The notes: a model not told the origin generated them from the letters alone. Counted from the first letter of the stretch, positions 21,973 to 37,151 are shown. The stretch is 64,000 bases of DNA from Alphaproteobacteria bacterium (GCA_965248805.1 CBDFKJ010000006.1:205473-269472); one strand, 5' to 3'. Translations and numbers: made by a program.

Positions 21973-23478
21973 CTAGGCGCCTGCGGCGAAAGTGAACGCT
22001 TCCTCGGCGGCGCGGATCAGCGCCTGCGCCTTGTTCAAGCTTTCCTGATACTCGGCCCCGGGATCGGAGTCGGCGACAACGCCGCCGCCGGCCTGGACAT
22101 ACAGCGTGCCGTCCTTGATTAGCGCCGTGCGCAGGGCGATGCAGGTATCCATGTCGCCGCCGGCGCCGATATAGCCGATCGCCCCCGCGTAAACGCCACG
22201 CCGTTCCGGCTCCAGCTCGTCGATGATCTCCATCGCCCGCACTTTGGGCGCGCCGGTGACCGTACCGGCGGGAAAGCCCGCGATCAGCGCGGCGAGCGCG
22301 TCATGCTTCGACGCCAACTTGCCCTCGACGTTGGAGACGATGTGCATGACGTGGCTGTAGTACTCGATAATGAATTGCTCGGTCACAGTTATCGATCCGA
22401 TTTCGGCAACCCGCCCGACGTCATTTCGCCCCAGATCGAGCAGCATCAGATGTTCGGCCCGCTCCTTCGGATCGGTGAGCAGCTCATCCGCCAGTGCCCG
22501 GTCCTCGGCCGGCGTGCGACCGCGCGGCCGGGTGCCGGCGATGGGTCTGATGGTGACCACGTCGCCGCGCAGACGCACCAGGATTTCCGGACTGGAACCG
22601 ACGATTGTGAATGCGCCCAAGTCGAGGAAGAACAGAAACGGCGATGGGTTCAGGCGCCGCAAGGCTCGATACAGCGATAGCGGCGGCAGGCGGAACGGCA
22701 ACCGGAACCGCTGGCTCGGCACAACCTGAAAGATGTCGCCGGCGCGAATGTACGCCTTCGCCTTTTCGACCATCGCGCAGTAGGCGTCGCGGCTTACGTT
22801 GGACTGCGGCGCGGGAGGCTTGTCGTGGGCACCCACCGGCTCGCGCCGGTAGGGCAGGTTGCGCTCGAAGTCCGTCAGAATATCGGCCAGGCGTTCGCGC
22901 GCGGCGTCGTATGCGGCCGTGGCGGTCATATCGGAACGCGGCCATACCGGCGTGACGACCGTGACGACGTCCTCGACATTGTCGAAAATGGCGACCACCG
23001 ATGGCCGCATGAACATGGCGTCGGGCACGTCCAACACGTCTGGGTTGGCGTCGGGCAGCCGTTCCATCATCCGTACCGCGTCATAGCCGACATAGCCGAA
23101 CAAGCCAGAGGCCATCGGCGGCAGGTGGTCGCAACCGGGGATGCACGATTCTGCAATCAGGCCCGCCAGCGATGCCAGCGACGGTTCGTCGCAGGGCGTG
23201 AAGGCCTCCGGATCGAAGCGGGCCGTGCGGTTGATCTCCGCGCGGTCGCCACGGCAGCGCCACAACAGATCGGGCTTCAGACCGATGATCGAGTAGCGCC
23301 CGCGCGTGGCGCCGCGCTCAACCGATTCAAAGAGGAAACTATAGGAGCGCCCGTCGGCCAGTTTCAGCATGGCCGAGACCGGGGTCTCCAGGTCGGCAAC
23401 CAGATCGGTGGAGACGAGCTGCGCCTGTCCGGCGCCGTAGCGTTGCGCGAAGGCGCTCAGCCTCGGCTCAACGTTCAC
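21973..23478 (-). CDS. trpE: anthranilate synthase component I
   Basis: 501 aa with the chorismate-binding domain and an N-terminal DLETPVSAMLKL region. Its start overlaps the ppiD stop. Confidence 0.93.
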   Translation of the reverse strand: MNVEPRLSAFAQRYGAGQAQLVSTDLVADLETPVSAMLKLADGRSYSFLFESVERGATRGRYSIIGLKPDLLWRCRGDRAEINRTARFDPEAFTPCDEPSLASLAGLIAESCIPGCDHLPPMASGLFGYVGYDAVRMMERLPDANPDVLDVPDAMFMRPSVVAIFDNVEDVVTVVTPVWPRSDMTATAAYDAARERLADILTDFERNLPYRREPVGAHDKPPAPQSNVSRDAYCAMVEKAKAYIRAGDIFQVVPSQRFRLPFRLPPLSLYRALRRLNPSPFLFFLDLGAFTIVGSSPEILVRLRGDVVTIRPIAGTRPRGRTPAEDRALADELLTDPKERAEHLMLLDLGRNDVGRVAEIGSITVTEQFIIEYYSHVMHIVSNVEGKLASKHDALAALIAGFPAGTVTGAPKVRAMEIIDELEPERRGVYAGAIGYIGAGGDMDTCIALRTALIKDGTLYVQAGGGVVADSDPGAEYQESLNKAQALIRAAEEAFTFAAGA

Positions 23479-25367
23479 GGCGCGTCAAACAAGTGATCGA
23501 TAGCGACGCGGTCGATCGTGATGCCGTAATCCTGGCGCAGCACTTCCGCCAGTTGCGCCTGCAGATCGCTGCTGATGGCACCGGCGAGATCGAGGCTCAA
23601 ATTGGCGCGCACGCCTTCCTGCCCGCTGGTAGCGGCGCGCACGTCGACGAGCTTGGCGACCTGGTACCCGCTCGCCGTCGGCTGCACGACTACGCCGTCC
23701 AGCGGCTGGTCGAACAGGGCCGCCGCCGTGGCGCCGTCGACGGCGCCTTGCGCACCGGCCGAGGACCGGGTGAACGGCTCTGTGGTAAGCGCGATGAGGG
23801 CAAATTTGTCGGCAATCGTCGACAGATCTTCGCCCGCCTTCGCACGGTCGGCGAGGACCGTGGCCTGCGCCTCAGCCAACCGGCGGCGCTCGTCGTTCTG
23901 CCAATCGGCCACGACATCTTCGCGCACCTCCTCAAGCGGGTGCAGGGCCGGCTCGATGCGGCCATCGACCCGCAGGACGAAAAAGCCGCCGTCTCCGGTC
24001 TCGATGACCTGGCTCTCGGTGCCTTCGGCGGAGGCGAAAGCGGTTGCCAGGATTTCGGACAACGCCGCCAGGTCCGGCAGGCTGTTGCCGTCCGGCACCT
24101 CGCCGGTGCGCGAAATCGCGGGTACCCTCGCCAGGCGCAAGCCTGTGGAGGCAGCCGCCTCCTCGACCCGCTCGCCGCCGCCGAGCGCATCGTCGAGCTC
24201 CTCCATCACTTCGAAGATGGCGTCATTGGCCCGCCGCAGCGCCAGCTCTCGGGACAGCGTATCCCGGACATCGTCGATCGTCTTGGTCTCGCCGGCGACG
24301 ACCTGGCTCACGAGGGCAACGTGCCAGCCGAACGGCGATTGCACCGGTCCGGCGATCTCGCCTTCGGTGGCGGCGAACACGGCGTCGGCGAGTTCCGATA
24401 TGAGCAGATCAGTGCGCGCGACGGTACCCAGATCGTCGGCGAAAACGCCTTCGATGGCCTCTACGGCGGCCGTGAAATCAGCGCCGCCGCGCACGGCGTC
24501 GATCAGTGCCTGCGCGTCCGCCTGACGGTCCGAGGTGAATACCGCCTGGCGGACGGTGCGCTGTTCGGCGGTCTCGTACCGTGCCCGACGCAGCTCGAAT
24601 TCTTCCTGGATTTCCTCTTCCGAGATGGAGATCTCGTCGGCCAGCAGGGCAGGCGTCAGATAGGCGACAACGAACGACCGATACTCCGGCGCCCGGAAGC
24701 GCGGCTCGTGATCCTTGTGGTAGCTCTCGATTGTCGCTTCGTTGGGGATGCCGACGTTTCCCATGGCGTCGGCGCGCACGTCTATGATTTCGGCCACCCG
24801 GCGTTCGGCCCGGTAGCGGTGCAGGGTGTCCACCAGGACATCGGGCGCCGCCGTACCGCCGAGCAGCGAGTCCAGAAACTGGGCACGCACCAGATCCCGG
24901 CGCAGGATCTCTGTGTAGTAGCCCTCGCTGTAGCCGAAAGAGCCCAAGTAGCCTTCAAACGTGAGCCGGTCGAAACGGCCGGTTACGCTTTGGAATTGGG
25001 GGTTGCCGCGGATTGTTTCGGCTACCTGCAGGTCGGTGACGACCAGCCCCAGGTCGCGTGCGGCGACATCGAACAGGGTGCGGGTGGCGATCACGTTGAT
25101 AGTCTCATCGAGCAGGCCGAGGTTGCGGGATTCCTCAACGGTGAGCACGCGGCCGAACAACTGCGACATCTCGCTGCGCGAACGGTCGAAATCGCGCAGC
25201 AGAGTCGTCGCATCGACGGCTTCGTCGCCGACCTCGATCAAGGCGGTTACCCGCTGTAAGGGGTTGCCGGTGACGCCGAAGAAGGCAGCGAAGGTCAGCG
25301 CCAACAGGATCAGCAAGCCCTTGAATAGCCAGGTCGAGGAGGCCTTGCGAAGCGACACCAACGCCAT
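23475..25367 (-). CDS. ppiD: periplasmic chaperone, peptidyl-prolyl isomerase PpiD/SurA-like (parvulin domain)
   Basis: 630 aa with an N-terminal TM anchor (WLFKGLLILLALTF), a SurA_N-like region and a rotamase domain. Start at ATG 25367; the 170-codon upstream extension in the ORF track is rejected. Confidence 0.8.
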   Translation of the reverse strand: MALVSLRKASSTWLFKGLLILLALTFAAFFGVTGNPLQRVTALIEVGDEAVDATTLLRDFDRSRSEMSQLFGRVLTVEESRNLGLLDETINVIATRTLFDVAARDLGLVVTDLQVAETIRGNPQFQSVTGRFDRLTFEGYLGSFGYSEGYYTEILRRDLVRAQFLDSLLGGTAAPDVLVDTLHRYRAERRVAEIIDVRADAMGNVGIPNEATIESYHKDHEPRFRAPEYRSFVVAYLTPALLADEISISEEEIQEEFELRRARYETAEQRTVRQAVFTSDRQADAQALIDAVRGGADFTAAVEAIEGVFADDLGTVARTDLLISELADAVFAATEGEIAGPVQSPFGWHVALVSQVVAGETKTIDDVRDTLSRELALRRANDAIFEVMEELDDALGGGERVEEAAASTGLRLARVPAISRTGEVPDGNSLPDLAALSEILATAFASAEGTESQVIETGDGGFFVLRVDGRIEPALHPLEEVREDVVADWQNDERRRLAEAQATVLADRAKAGEDLSTIADKFALIALTTEPFTRSSAGAQGAVDGATAAALFDQPLDGVVVQPTASGYQVAKLVDVRAATSGQEGVRANLSLDLAGAISSDLQAQLAEVLRQDYGITIDRVAIDHLFDAP

Positions 25368-25517
25368 AACGTGATCTCTCGAATACCACCGGTGAGAACC
25401 GTGTGCATGATAGTGACGGCGGCCCATCACAGCAAGACGGGACGCGCTGTGGCCTTGGCGGGGATCGTTCGGCTGTGATAGGGCTGTCGACCAACCCGCA
25501 ACAGGACGGATGTAGCG

Positions 25518-26282
25518 ATGACCCGCAGGCCGCTGATCGCCGGCAACTGGAAAATGAACGGTCTGCTCGCCGATGGGCTGGCGTTGGCCCGATCGCTTAA
25601 CCAGCGCATTGCCGCCACTGATCAGCGGCCGTTCGACATGCTGGTGTGCCCGCCTGCCACCCTGGTCCGCGCGGTTGCGGCGGAGCTTCAGCCCGGATTG
25701 ATCGCGGTCGGTGGCCAGGATTGCCATATGGCAAGCTCGGGCGCGCACACCGGTGACATCTCCGCTCCCATGCTCGCCGATGCCGGCGCTACACATATCA
25801 TCGTCGGGCACTCCGAACGCCGCCACAACCACGGCGAGGCCGACGAGGTCGTTCGCGTCAAGGCCGAAGCCGTTCACGCGGCGGGGTTGCTCGCCATCAT
25901 TTGCATCGGCGAAACCGAGCCGGAGCGCGATGCCGGCTCGACGCTGGACGTGCTATCGACGCAATTGAACGGCTCGCTGCCGCCGGGCGATGCCACAGAT
26001 GCCGCCACGACGGTCATCGCCTACGAACCGGTTTGGGCGATCGGCACCGGCCGCACGCCGACGATTGAGCAAGTCGACGAGGTGCACGCCCATGTGCGTG
26101 CACATTTGAGTACCCTCATCGGGGCCGAGAGCGACAGGATGCGCGTGCTGTACGGCGGCTCGGTCAAGCCGGACAATGCCGCCGAGTTGCTGTCGGTGCC
26201 GGACGTGGACGGCGCATTGGTCGGTGGCGCCAGCCTTGACGCCGACGGCTTCTGGGCGATCGCGCAATCCTGTCCCCAGTAG
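25518..26282 (+). CDS. tpiA: triose-phosphate isomerase
   Basis: 254 aa with IAGNWKMNG, the catalytic His/Glu and the [11 protein letters not shown] motif. Confidence 0.95.
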   Translation: MTRRPLIAGNWKMNGLLADGLALARSLNQRIAATDQRPFDMLVCPPATLVRAVAAELQPGLIAVGGQDCHMASSGAHTGDISAPMLADAGATHIIVGHSERRHNHGEADEVVRVKAEAVHAAGLLAIICIGETEPERDAGSTLDVLSTQLNGSLPPGDATDAATTVIAYEPVWAIGTGRTPTIEQVDEVHAHVRAHLSTLIGAESDRMRVLYGGSVKPDNAAELLSVPDVDGALVGGASLDADGFWAIAQSCPQ

Positions 26283-26386
26283 GCCCGGACAGGCCGGTTA
26301 TCACTGGCATCCAGGCGGCTGCGGGACTACATATGCGGTGACGGCGGAGATCCGACCGTTGCCGTTCGGCTAGCGAGATCATTGCC

Positions 26387-26731
26387 ATGAGCGCGATCGT
26401 TCTTGTGATCCATCTATTGATCGCATTGGCCCTTGTTGGGGTCGTGCTGCTGCAACGCTCCGAAGGCGGCGGACTCGGCATTGGCGGCGGCTCCGGCGGC
26501 GGCATGGGCGGTCTGATGGGCAATCGTTCGACCGCAAATCTCCTCACCCGAGCAACCGCGATCCTGGCCGGCGCGTTCTTCACCACCAGTATAGTCCTCG
26601 CACTTCTCGCCGGCACAAGCACGGCGCCGCGCTCGATACTCGACGAAGCGCCGGCGGCAATCGGAGCGCCGGCAGCAGATGAGGCGGCACCCGCCGAGCC
26701 GGCCGGGCCGGCGGTGCCGGTGGGTGATTGA
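26387..26731 (+). CDS. secG: preprotein translocase subunit SecG
   Basis: 114 aa with two TM segments and the LLQRSEGGGLG motif. Confidence 0.9.
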   Translation: MSAIVLVIHLLIALALVGVVLLQRSEGGGLGIGGGSGGGMGGLMGNRSTANLLTRATAILAGAFFTTSIVLALLAGTSTAPRSILDEAPAAIGAPAADEAAPAEPAGPAVPVGD

Positions 26732-26801
26732 TGCGCGGCTCCGAACGCATCGCTCCATTCGACGCAAGAGGCGGCACCCGTGCCGCCTCTTTCACATTTG
26801 A

Positions 26802-30655
<3,854 letters not shown>

Positions 30656-30692
30656 CACGACGCGCGGGTCATGGTGCTTTCGCCGCTGCGGA

Positions 30693-31007
30693 ATGAGGCG
30701 AGAACTTGGCAGATATGCGCGCCAGGCCATTTGGCCGGCGATCGGGGGATTGTTGGTCGCGTATTTCGCGTACCACATGGTGCAGGGCGAGCGCGGCATG
30801 ATCGCGTACTTGCGCCTGCAGTCGGAGATCCGTTCGGCGAGCGAGGTCCTGGCCACGACGACGGCCGAGCGCGCGTTGTGGCAACGCGAAGTCGACGCGC
30901 TGAGCCCGGAGCACCTGGACCGGGACACGCTGGAGGAACGCGCGCGCCTGATGCTCAACCATGTCCGCGACGACGAAGTGATCATTTTCGACCCGCCGCC
31001 GGAGTAG
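30693..31007 (+). CDS. ftsB: septum formation initiator family protein (FtsB-like)
   Basis: 104 aa with an N-terminal TM segment plus coiled coil. Conserved position between eno and pdhA. Confidence 0.7.
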   Translation: MRRELGRYARQAIWPAIGGLLVAYFAYHMVQGERGMIAYLRLQSEIRSASEVLATTTAERALWQREVDALSPEHLDRDTLEERARLMLNHVRDDEVIIFDPPPE

Positions 31008-31097
31008 GTGCGGCGCGGCGTCGCCGATTGCCTCGGTAGTGGCATTGCATTAAGCCTTCACGGTCATTCTCGAGCCCCTCGGGCCGGAGGAGTATGG

Positions 31098-32120
31098 ATG
31101 GCCACTTCGACCAGGCGAAAGTCCAATCGGAACGCGGCGAACGGCGCCAATGGCGCCGCCTTGCCGGAACACCTGCTCGACTTCTACCGAAAGATGCTGC
31201 TGATCCGCCGCTTTGAGGAAAAGGCCGGCCAGCTCTACGGAATGGGCCTGATCGGCGGCTTCTGCCACCTCTATATCGGCCAGGAGGCCGTGGTCACGGG
31301 AGTCCAGGCGGTGTTGGACAAACGCGACAGCGTTATCACGTCCTACCGCGATCACGGTCATATGCTCGCCAGTGAAATGGAACCGCGCGGTGTCATGGCC
31401 GAGTTGACGGGCCGACAGGACGGTTACTCGCGCGGCAAGGGCGGCTCGATGCATATGTTCTCGCGCGAGAAGAATTTTTACGGCGGCCACGGCATCGTTG
31501 GTGCCTGCGTGCCGCTCGGAACCGGCTTGGCCTTCGCCCATAAGTATCGTGAGGACGGCGGCATTTGCGTCACCTACCTCGGCGATGGTGCCGTCAACCA
31601 GGGCCAGGTGCATGAGGCGTTCAACATGGCCTCGTTGTGGACGCTGCCGGTGCTGTACATCATCGAAAACAACCGCTACGGCATGGGCACCTCGGTCGAG
31701 CGCGCCTCGGCGCGCACCGATCTGCACAACCGCGGCCACGCCTTCGGCATCGACGGTGAGCTGGTCGACGGCATGGATGTTCTGGCCGTGCAGGGGGCGG
31801 CGGCAAAGGCGGTCGCTGCGGTGCGCGGCGGCGAGGGGCCGCGCATCCTGGAGATGCAAACCTATCGCTATCGCGGCCATTCCATGTCGGACCCGGCCAA
31901 GTACCGCACCAAGGAAGAAGTGCAGAAGGTTCGGACCGAGCACGATCCGATCGAGTCTCTGAAGCAGCGCATCCTCGACGGCGGCGTGGCCGACGAAGCG
32001 ACGCTGAAGGAAACCGATCGCGAGGTGAGGGGGGTGGTCAATGACGCGGCGGAATTTGCCCAAGCCAGCCCCGAGCCGGACCCGTCGGAACTCTACACCA
32101 ACGTCCTGATCGAGGCATAG
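31098..32120 (+). CDS. pdhA: pyruvate dehydrogenase E1 component alpha subunit
   Basis: TPP-binding E1-alpha (GFCHLYIGQEA, YRYRGHSMSDP). Start at ATG 31098. Confidence 0.93.
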   Translation: MATSTRRKSNRNAANGANGAALPEHLLDFYRKMLLIRRFEEKAGQLYGMGLIGGFCHLYIGQEAVVTGVQAVLDKRDSVITSYRDHGHMLASEMEPRGVMAELTGRQDGYSRGKGGSMHMFSREKNFYGGHGIVGACVPLGTGLAFAHKYREDGGICVTYLGDGAVNQGQVHEAFNMASLWTLPVLYIIENNRYGMGTSVERASARTDLHNRGHAFGIDGELVDGMDVLAVQGAAAKAVAAVRGGEGPRILEMQTYRYRGHSMSDPAKYRTKEEVQKVRTEHDPIESLKQRILDGGVADEATLKETDREVRGVVNDAAEFAQASPEPDPSELYTNVLIEA

Positions 32121-32144
32121 CGGCGAGCGCTGGACGGAGGGACC

Positions 32145-33509
32145 ATGCCCATCCAGATTCTGATGCCGGCGCTGTCACCTACGATGACCGAAGGCACCGT
32201 CGCGCGCTGGCTGAAGTCCGAGGGCGATGCGGTCGCGATCGGCGATGTGATTGCTGAGATCGAAACCGACAAGGCGACCATGGAGATCGAATCAGCCGAC
32301 GAAGGCGTCCTAGCCAGAATCCTGGTGCCCGAAGGGGCGGAAAACATCGCCGTCAACACGCCCATCGCCACGATTCTGGAGGATGGCGAGGACGGCGCCG
32401 GCGCGGAGCCACCCGCGCCGCGGCCGGAGCCACGCGCGCCGCGCGCCGAGCCACGCCCGTCGCCGCGGCCCGCCACACCACCGCAGCCAGCGCCCCGGTC
32501 CGCGCCGCCGCGCACGGCCGGCGAAACGGTCACACAGACCGTGCGCGAGGCGCTGCGCGACGCAATGGCGGAAGAAATGCGCCGCGACGACAGCGTCTTT
32601 CTGATGGGTGAGGAGGTGGCGCAGTACGAGGGCGCTTACAAGGTCAGCCAAGGGCTGCTGGACGAGTTTGGCGACAAGCGGGTGATCGATACTCCGATCA
32701 CCGAGCACGGCTTCGCCGGCCTAGGTGTAGGCGCGGCGTTCGCGGGCCTGCGCCCCATCGTCGAGTTCATGACCTTCAACTTCGCCATGCAAGCCATCGA
32801 TCAACTGATCAATTCCGCCGCCAAGACGCACTACATGTCGGGTGGGCAGATGAGCGCGCCGATCGTGTTCCGCGGTCCCAATGGCGCGGCCTCTCGTGTA
32901 GCGGCTCAGCACTCGCAATGCTACGCGTCGTGGTACGCCCACTGTCCGGGACTGAAGGTGGTCACGCCCTATTCGGCCGCCGATGCCAAAGGGCTGTTGA
33001 AGGCGGCGATCCGCGATCCCAACCCTGTAATGTTCCTGGAGAACGAGATTCTCTATGGCGATAGCGGCGAGGTGCCTGGCGATCCTGATTACTTGGTGCC
33101 GATCGGCGAGGCGAAGGTCGTGCGCGCCGGCGCCGACGTTACCATCGCCGCGTTCTCGCTGATGGTGCGTACCGCCCTTGAGGCCGCCGAGATCTTGGCG
33201 CGCGAAGGGATCGATGCAGAAGTCATCGACTTGCGCACGCTCCGCCCGCTGGATACCGCGACGTTGGTGACGAGCGTCAAGAAGACCAATCGGCTGGTCA
33301 CGGTAGAGGAAGGCTGGCCGTTTGCCGGCATCGGCGCCGAGCTTGCCGCGGTGATGATGGATGCGGCCTTCGATTGGCTGGACGCGCCTGTGGCGCGCGT
33401 GGCGGGCGCGGACGTGCCCATGCCGTATGCCGCGAATTTGGAGAAATTGGCGCTGCCACAGACCGAGGCGATCGTCGCGGCGGCGAAGGCCGTGAGTTAT
33501 CGCGCCTGA
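32145..33509 (+). CDS. pdhB: pyruvate dehydrogenase E1 component beta subunit with N-terminal lipoyl domain
   Basis: N-terminal biotin/lipoyl domain ([13 protein letters not shown]), an Ala/Pro-rich linker, then a transketolase-like E1-beta. Confidence 0.93.
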   Translation: MPIQILMPALSPTMTEGTVARWLKSEGDAVAIGDVIAEIETDKATMEIESADEGVLARILVPEGAENIAVNTPIATILEDGEDGAGAEPPAPRPEPRAPRAEPRPSPRPATPPQPAPRSAPPRTAGETVTQTVREALRDAMAEEMRRDDSVFLMGEEVAQYEGAYKVSQGLLDEFGDKRVIDTPITEHGFAGLGVGAAFAGLRPIVEFMTFNFAMQAIDQLINSAAKTHYMSGGQMSAPIVFRGPNGAASRVAAQHSQCYASWYAHCPGLKVVTPYSAADAKGLLKAAIRDPNPVMFLENEILYGDSGEVPGDPDYLVPIGEAKVVRAGADVTIAAFSLMVRTALEAAEILAREGIDAEVIDLRTLRPLDTATLVTSVKKTNRLVTVEEGWPFAGIGAELAAVMMDAAFDWLDAPVARVAGADVPMPYAANLEKLALPQTEAIVAAAKAVSYRA

Positions 33510-33530
33510 CCGACCGGGAAACGCCGCACC

Positions 33531-34784
33531 ATGCCGATACCCATCCTGATGCCGGCGCTGTCGCCGACCATGACCGAGGGAACGCTGGCGCGCTGGCTCA
33601 AGCATGAGGGCGACCCTGTGACCCCGGGCGACGTCATCGCCGAAATTGAGACCGACAAGGCGACCATGGGGATCGAGTCCGTCGACGAAGGGGTGCTCGG
33701 CAAGATCCTGGTGCCCGACGGTGCCGAAGGCATTGCCGTCAACACGACAATCGGCGTGCTGCTCGAAGAAGGGGAGGACACGGGCTCCCTGGCCGACTTC
33801 AAACCGACGGCGCCGCCAGCCGCAGAACCGGCGGTTCAAGCAACAGCGGCCCCACCGTCGCCGGCAGCCACCCCGCTTGCCGCTGCTCCCGTCGAAAAGC
33901 CAACAGCCGGCCGCCTGATCGCCAGTCCGTTGGCCAAGCGCATGGCGGCGCAGGCCGGCATCAACCTGAGCCTACTCACCGGCAGTGGGCCGAATGGTCG
34001 TATCGTCAAGGCCGATATCGAGGCCTATCGCGCCAAGGCGCCCATGGAAGCACCAGCGGCGAAGGTACCTCCGTCGACGGCGGTGCCGTCCGTGGAAGGC
34101 GCGTACGAGTTGATCCCGCTCACCACCATGCGCCGGATCGTCGCCCGCCGCATGGTCGAATCGAAACAGCAAGTGCCGCACTTCTATTTGACGATAGATT
34201 GCGAGATCGACGACCTGCTCGACATGCGCCGGCGGCTGAACGACAAGGCCGACGGGCGCTATAGGCTCTCCGTCAACGACATGGTGATCAAGGCGGCGGC
34301 GATCGCCTTGCGTAGGGTGCCCGCCGCCAATGCCGCCTGGTCGGACGACGGCATCAAGCGCTACAAGTCCGTCGACATCGCCGTGGCGGTGGCGCTGGAC
34401 GACGGGCTGATCACGCCGGTCGTGCGTAACGCAGACGCCAAGGGACTGGAGACGATATCGACGGAGATGAAATCTCTGGCCGAGCGCGCACGCGCCGGCA
34501 AGCTGCTGCCGGAAGATTATCAGGGCGGCACGTTCTCCCTTTCCAACCTCGGCATGTATGGCATTAAGGACTTTGGCGCCGTCATCAATCCGCCGCAAGG
34601 TTGCATCCTGGCCGTCGGCGCCGGCGAACAGCGGCCGGTCGTGAAGAATGGCGCGCTCGCCATCGCCACGGTCATGTCCTGCACGCTATCGGTCGATCAC
34701 CGCTCGGTGGACGGCGCGGTCGGGGCGCAGTATCTCGCCGCTTTCAAGCAGCTGGCCGAGGACCCGCTCGCCATGCTGCTGTAG
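33531..34784 (+). CDS. pdhC: pyruvate dehydrogenase E2, dihydrolipoamide acetyltransferase
   Basis: Lipoyl domain, E3-binding domain and a catalytic 2-oxoacid dehydrogenase acyltransferase domain (DHRSVDGA). Confidence 0.93.
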   Translation: MPIPILMPALSPTMTEGTLARWLKHEGDPVTPGDVIAEIETDKATMGIESVDEGVLGKILVPDGAEGIAVNTTIGVLLEEGEDTGSLADFKPTAPPAAEPAVQATAAPPSPAATPLAAAPVEKPTAGRLIASPLAKRMAAQAGINLSLLTGSGPNGRIVKADIEAYRAKAPMEAPAAKVPPSTAVPSVEGAYELIPLTTMRRIVARRMVESKQQVPHFYLTIDCEIDDLLDMRRRLNDKADGRYRLSVNDMVIKAAAIALRRVPAANAAWSDDGIKRYKSVDIAVAVALDDGLITPVVRNADAKGLETISTEMKSLAERARAGKLLPEDYQGGTFSLSNLGMYGIKDFGAVINPPQGCILAVGAGEQRPVVKNGALAIATVMSCTLSVDHRSVDGAVGAQYLAAFKQLAEDPLAMLL

Positions 34785-34789
34785 CCGGG

Positions 34790-36187
34790 ATGGCGGCTGA
34801 CACCTTCGACGTCATTGTCATTGGCGGCGGACCGGGCGGCTACGTTGCCGCGATCCGCGCCGCGCAGCTTGGCTTGAACACGGCGGTCGTCGAGCGCGAG
34901 CATCTGGGCGGTATCTGCCTCAACTGGGGCTGCATCCCGACCAAGGCGCTGCTGCGGACGGCCGAACTTTATCACCAAATGCGCCACGCCGAAGCGTTCG
35001 GCCTCAAGGCCGACAACGTCTCGTTCGATTTCGACCAGGTCGTCAAGCGCTCGCGCAAGGTTGCGAAGCAGCTCTCCGCCGGGGTCGCGCATCTGTTGAA
35101 GAAGAACAAGGTCACGGTCTTCGACGGTCACGGCGCGCTCGCGGGCCACGGCAAGGTCGCGGTGAACAAGGACGGTGAGGCCATCGCGGCGCTCTCGGCC
35201 AAGCACATCATCCTGGCGACCGGAGCACGCGCCCGGACATTGCCGGGAATGGAACCGGACGGCAATCTGGTCTGGACCTACAAGGAGGCGATGGTGCCGG
35301 AGCACATGCCGGCCTCGCCCCTGGTGATCGGCTCCGGCGCCATCGGCATGGAATTCGCCTCGTTCTATCGCGACATGGGCGCCGAAGTGACCGTGGTCGA
35401 AACCCTGCCGCGCATACTGCCGGTCGAGGATGAAGAGATCTCCGCCTTCGCGCAGAAGACCTTCACCGAGCAGGGGATCACGTTGCTCACGGACGCTCAG
35501 GTTACGGCGCTTGAGAAGGGCGGCGATGGCGTCACGGCATCGATCGATCACGACGGCAAAGTGACGACGCTGCGGGTGGATCGGGTCATCGTCGCGGTCG
35601 GCATTGTCGGTAATGTCGAGGAGATCGGTCTCGAGGGCACCGGCGTTCAAGTCGATCGCGCGCATGTCGTGGTCGACGAGTGGTCGGCGACGGCCGAGCC
35701 CGGCGTGTACGCCATCGGCGATCTGACCGGCCCGCCGTGGCTGGCGCATAAGGCCATGCACGAAGGCGTCGTCTGCGTCGAGCGCATCGCCGGCGAGGTC
35801 ACCCACCCCATCGACGCCACCCTCATTCCCGGCTGCACCTATTGCCGGCCGCAAGTGGCCTCGGTCGGACTGACCGAGGCCGCCGCCACCGAGCAGGGCC
35901 ACAATGTGAAGGTCGGCCGGTTTCCATTCGTCGGCAACGGCAAGGCCATTGCGCTCGGCGAGCCCGACGGGCTGATCAAGACCGTGTTCGACGCCGACAC
36001 CGGCGAGTTATTGGGAGCGCATATGATCGGCGCCGAGGTCACCGAGTTGATCCAGGGTTACTGCATCGCTCGCACGCTGCAGACGACCGAAGCCGATCTC
36101 ATGCGCACGATATTCCCGCATCCTACCATCAGCGAGGCCATGCACGAGGCGGTTCTTGACGCCTACGGCCGCGCTCTCCACTTCTAA
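34790..36187 (+). CDS. lpdA: dihydrolipoyl dehydrogenase (E3)
   Basis: FAD-binding GGGPGGY motif and redox-active [10 protein letters not shown] disulfide. Start at ATG 34790. Confidence 0.93.
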   Translation: MAADTFDVIVIGGGPGGYVAAIRAAQLGLNTAVVEREHLGGICLNWGCIPTKALLRTAELYHQMRHAEAFGLKADNVSFDFDQVVKRSRKVAKQLSAGVAHLLKKNKVTVFDGHGALAGHGKVAVNKDGEAIAALSAKHIILATGARARTLPGMEPDGNLVWTYKEAMVPEHMPASPLVIGSGAIGMEFASFYRDMGAEVTVVETLPRILPVEDEEISAFAQKTFTEQGITLLTDAQVTALEKGGDGVTASIDHDGKVTTLRVDRVIVAVGIVGNVEEIGLEGTGVQVDRAHVVVDEWSATAEPGVYAIGDLTGPPWLAHKAMHEGVVCVERIAGEVTHPIDATLIPGCTYCRPQVASVGLTEAAATEQGHNVKVGRFPFVGNGKAIALGEPDGLIKTVFDADTGELLGAHMIGAEVTELIQGYCIARTLQTTEADLMRTIFPHPTISEAMHEAVLDAYGRALHF

Positions 36188-36218
36188 ACTGCCGTTCCAA
36201 CCTCCGAGGCGCGAGTCA

Positions 36219-37151
36219 ATGTCAGCCCCGACCACATTGCGCCATCCGGAAAAGCGCAATCGGCCCGACAGCCCGCCGCTGCACAAGCCGGCATGGATCA
36301 GGGTCAAGGCGCCGACCTCGCCGGTCTATGGCGAGGTGCGAAAGCTGATGCGCGGGCTCAACTTGACGACCGTGTGCGAGGAGGCGGCGTGCCCCAACAT
36401 CGGCGAGTGTTGGGCCTTGAAGCACGCGACGCTGATGATCATGGGCGATACCTGCACGCGAGCTTGTGCGTTCTGCAATGTTGCCACCGGCAGGCCGATG
36501 CCACTCGACGCGGCGGAGCCGGCCAATGTGGCGATCGCGGTAGCGACCCTCGGTCTCGCCCACGTGGTGATCACGTCGGTCGACCGGGACGATCTGGCGG
36601 ATGGCGGGGCGGCGCACTTCGCCGATGTTGTGCAGCGTATTCGCGCGGCGGCGCCGGAGACCACGATCGAGATCCTGACGCCCGACTTCAAGGACAAGGC
36701 CGGTGCGGCCGACACCTTGTTGGCGGCGCCGCCGGATGTATTCAACCACAACCTGGAGACCGTGCCGCGCCTGTATCCGACCATCCGGCCGGGTGCGCGC
36801 TACTTCACCAGTCTCAATCTGTTGCATGGGATGAAGCAGCGCCTGCCGTCGCTGTTCACCAAGTCCGGCGTCATGGTCGGGCTCGGCGAGACGAAGGCGG
36901 AGATCATGCAGGTGATGGACGATCTGCGCGCGGCGGATGTCGATTTTTTGACCATCGGCCAGTATCTGCAACCGACGCCCAAGCATGCGCCGATCGATCG
37001 CTTCGTGACGCCCGACGAGTTCGCTGAATACGCCGCGATCGCACGGGCGAAGGGTTTCCTGATGGTATCCAGTTCGCCGTTGACGCGCTCGAGCTATCAC
37101 GCCGGCGACGATTTCGCGCGGCTCCGACAGGCGCGCGCCGCGCAGGCCTGA
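36219..37151 (+). CDS. lipA: lipoyl synthase
   Basis: Radical-SAM protein with both Cys clusters ([12 protein letters not shown] and CTRACAFC). Confidence 0.95.
   Translation: MSAPTTLRHPEKRNRPDSPPLHKPAWIRVKAPTSPVYGEVRKLMRGLNLTTVCEEAACPNIGECWALKHATLMIMGDTCTRACAFCNVATGRPMPLDAAEPANVAIAVATLGLAHVVITSVDRDDLADGGAAHFADVVQRIRAAAPETTIEILTPDFKDKAGAADTLLAAPPDVFNHNLETVPRLYPTIRPGARYFTSLNLLHGMKQRLPSLFTKSGVMVGLGETKAEIMQVMDDLRAADVDFLTIGQYLQPTPKHAPIDRFVTPDEFAEYAAIARAKGFLMVSSSPLTRSSYHAGDDFARLRQARAAQA

Noticed and set aside
23493-25259. Very long antisense ORFs (588 aa antisense to ppiD; 606 aa at 58939..60759; 455 aa at 27231..28598; 405 aa at 29318..30535; 252 aa at 20505..21263, etc.)
   Set aside because: Each lies opposite a well-supported conserved gene, has low-complexity Arg/Ala/Gly/Pro composition and no domain signal. 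Long stop-free antisense frames are expected at about 68% GC.
23475-25877. 800-aa ORF suggesting a giant PpiD with a 170-aa N-terminal extension
   Set aside because: The extension is Arg/Gly-rich, lacks features and precedes a clear TM-anchor start (MALVSLRKASSTWLFKG...) at ATG 25367. It is typical high-GC read-through of an open frame upstream of the real start. The same logic was applied to moeA (16180..17649), tatD (57882..59027), cinA (41929..42861), lpdA, pdhA, lipA, pyrG, gltX and mazG.
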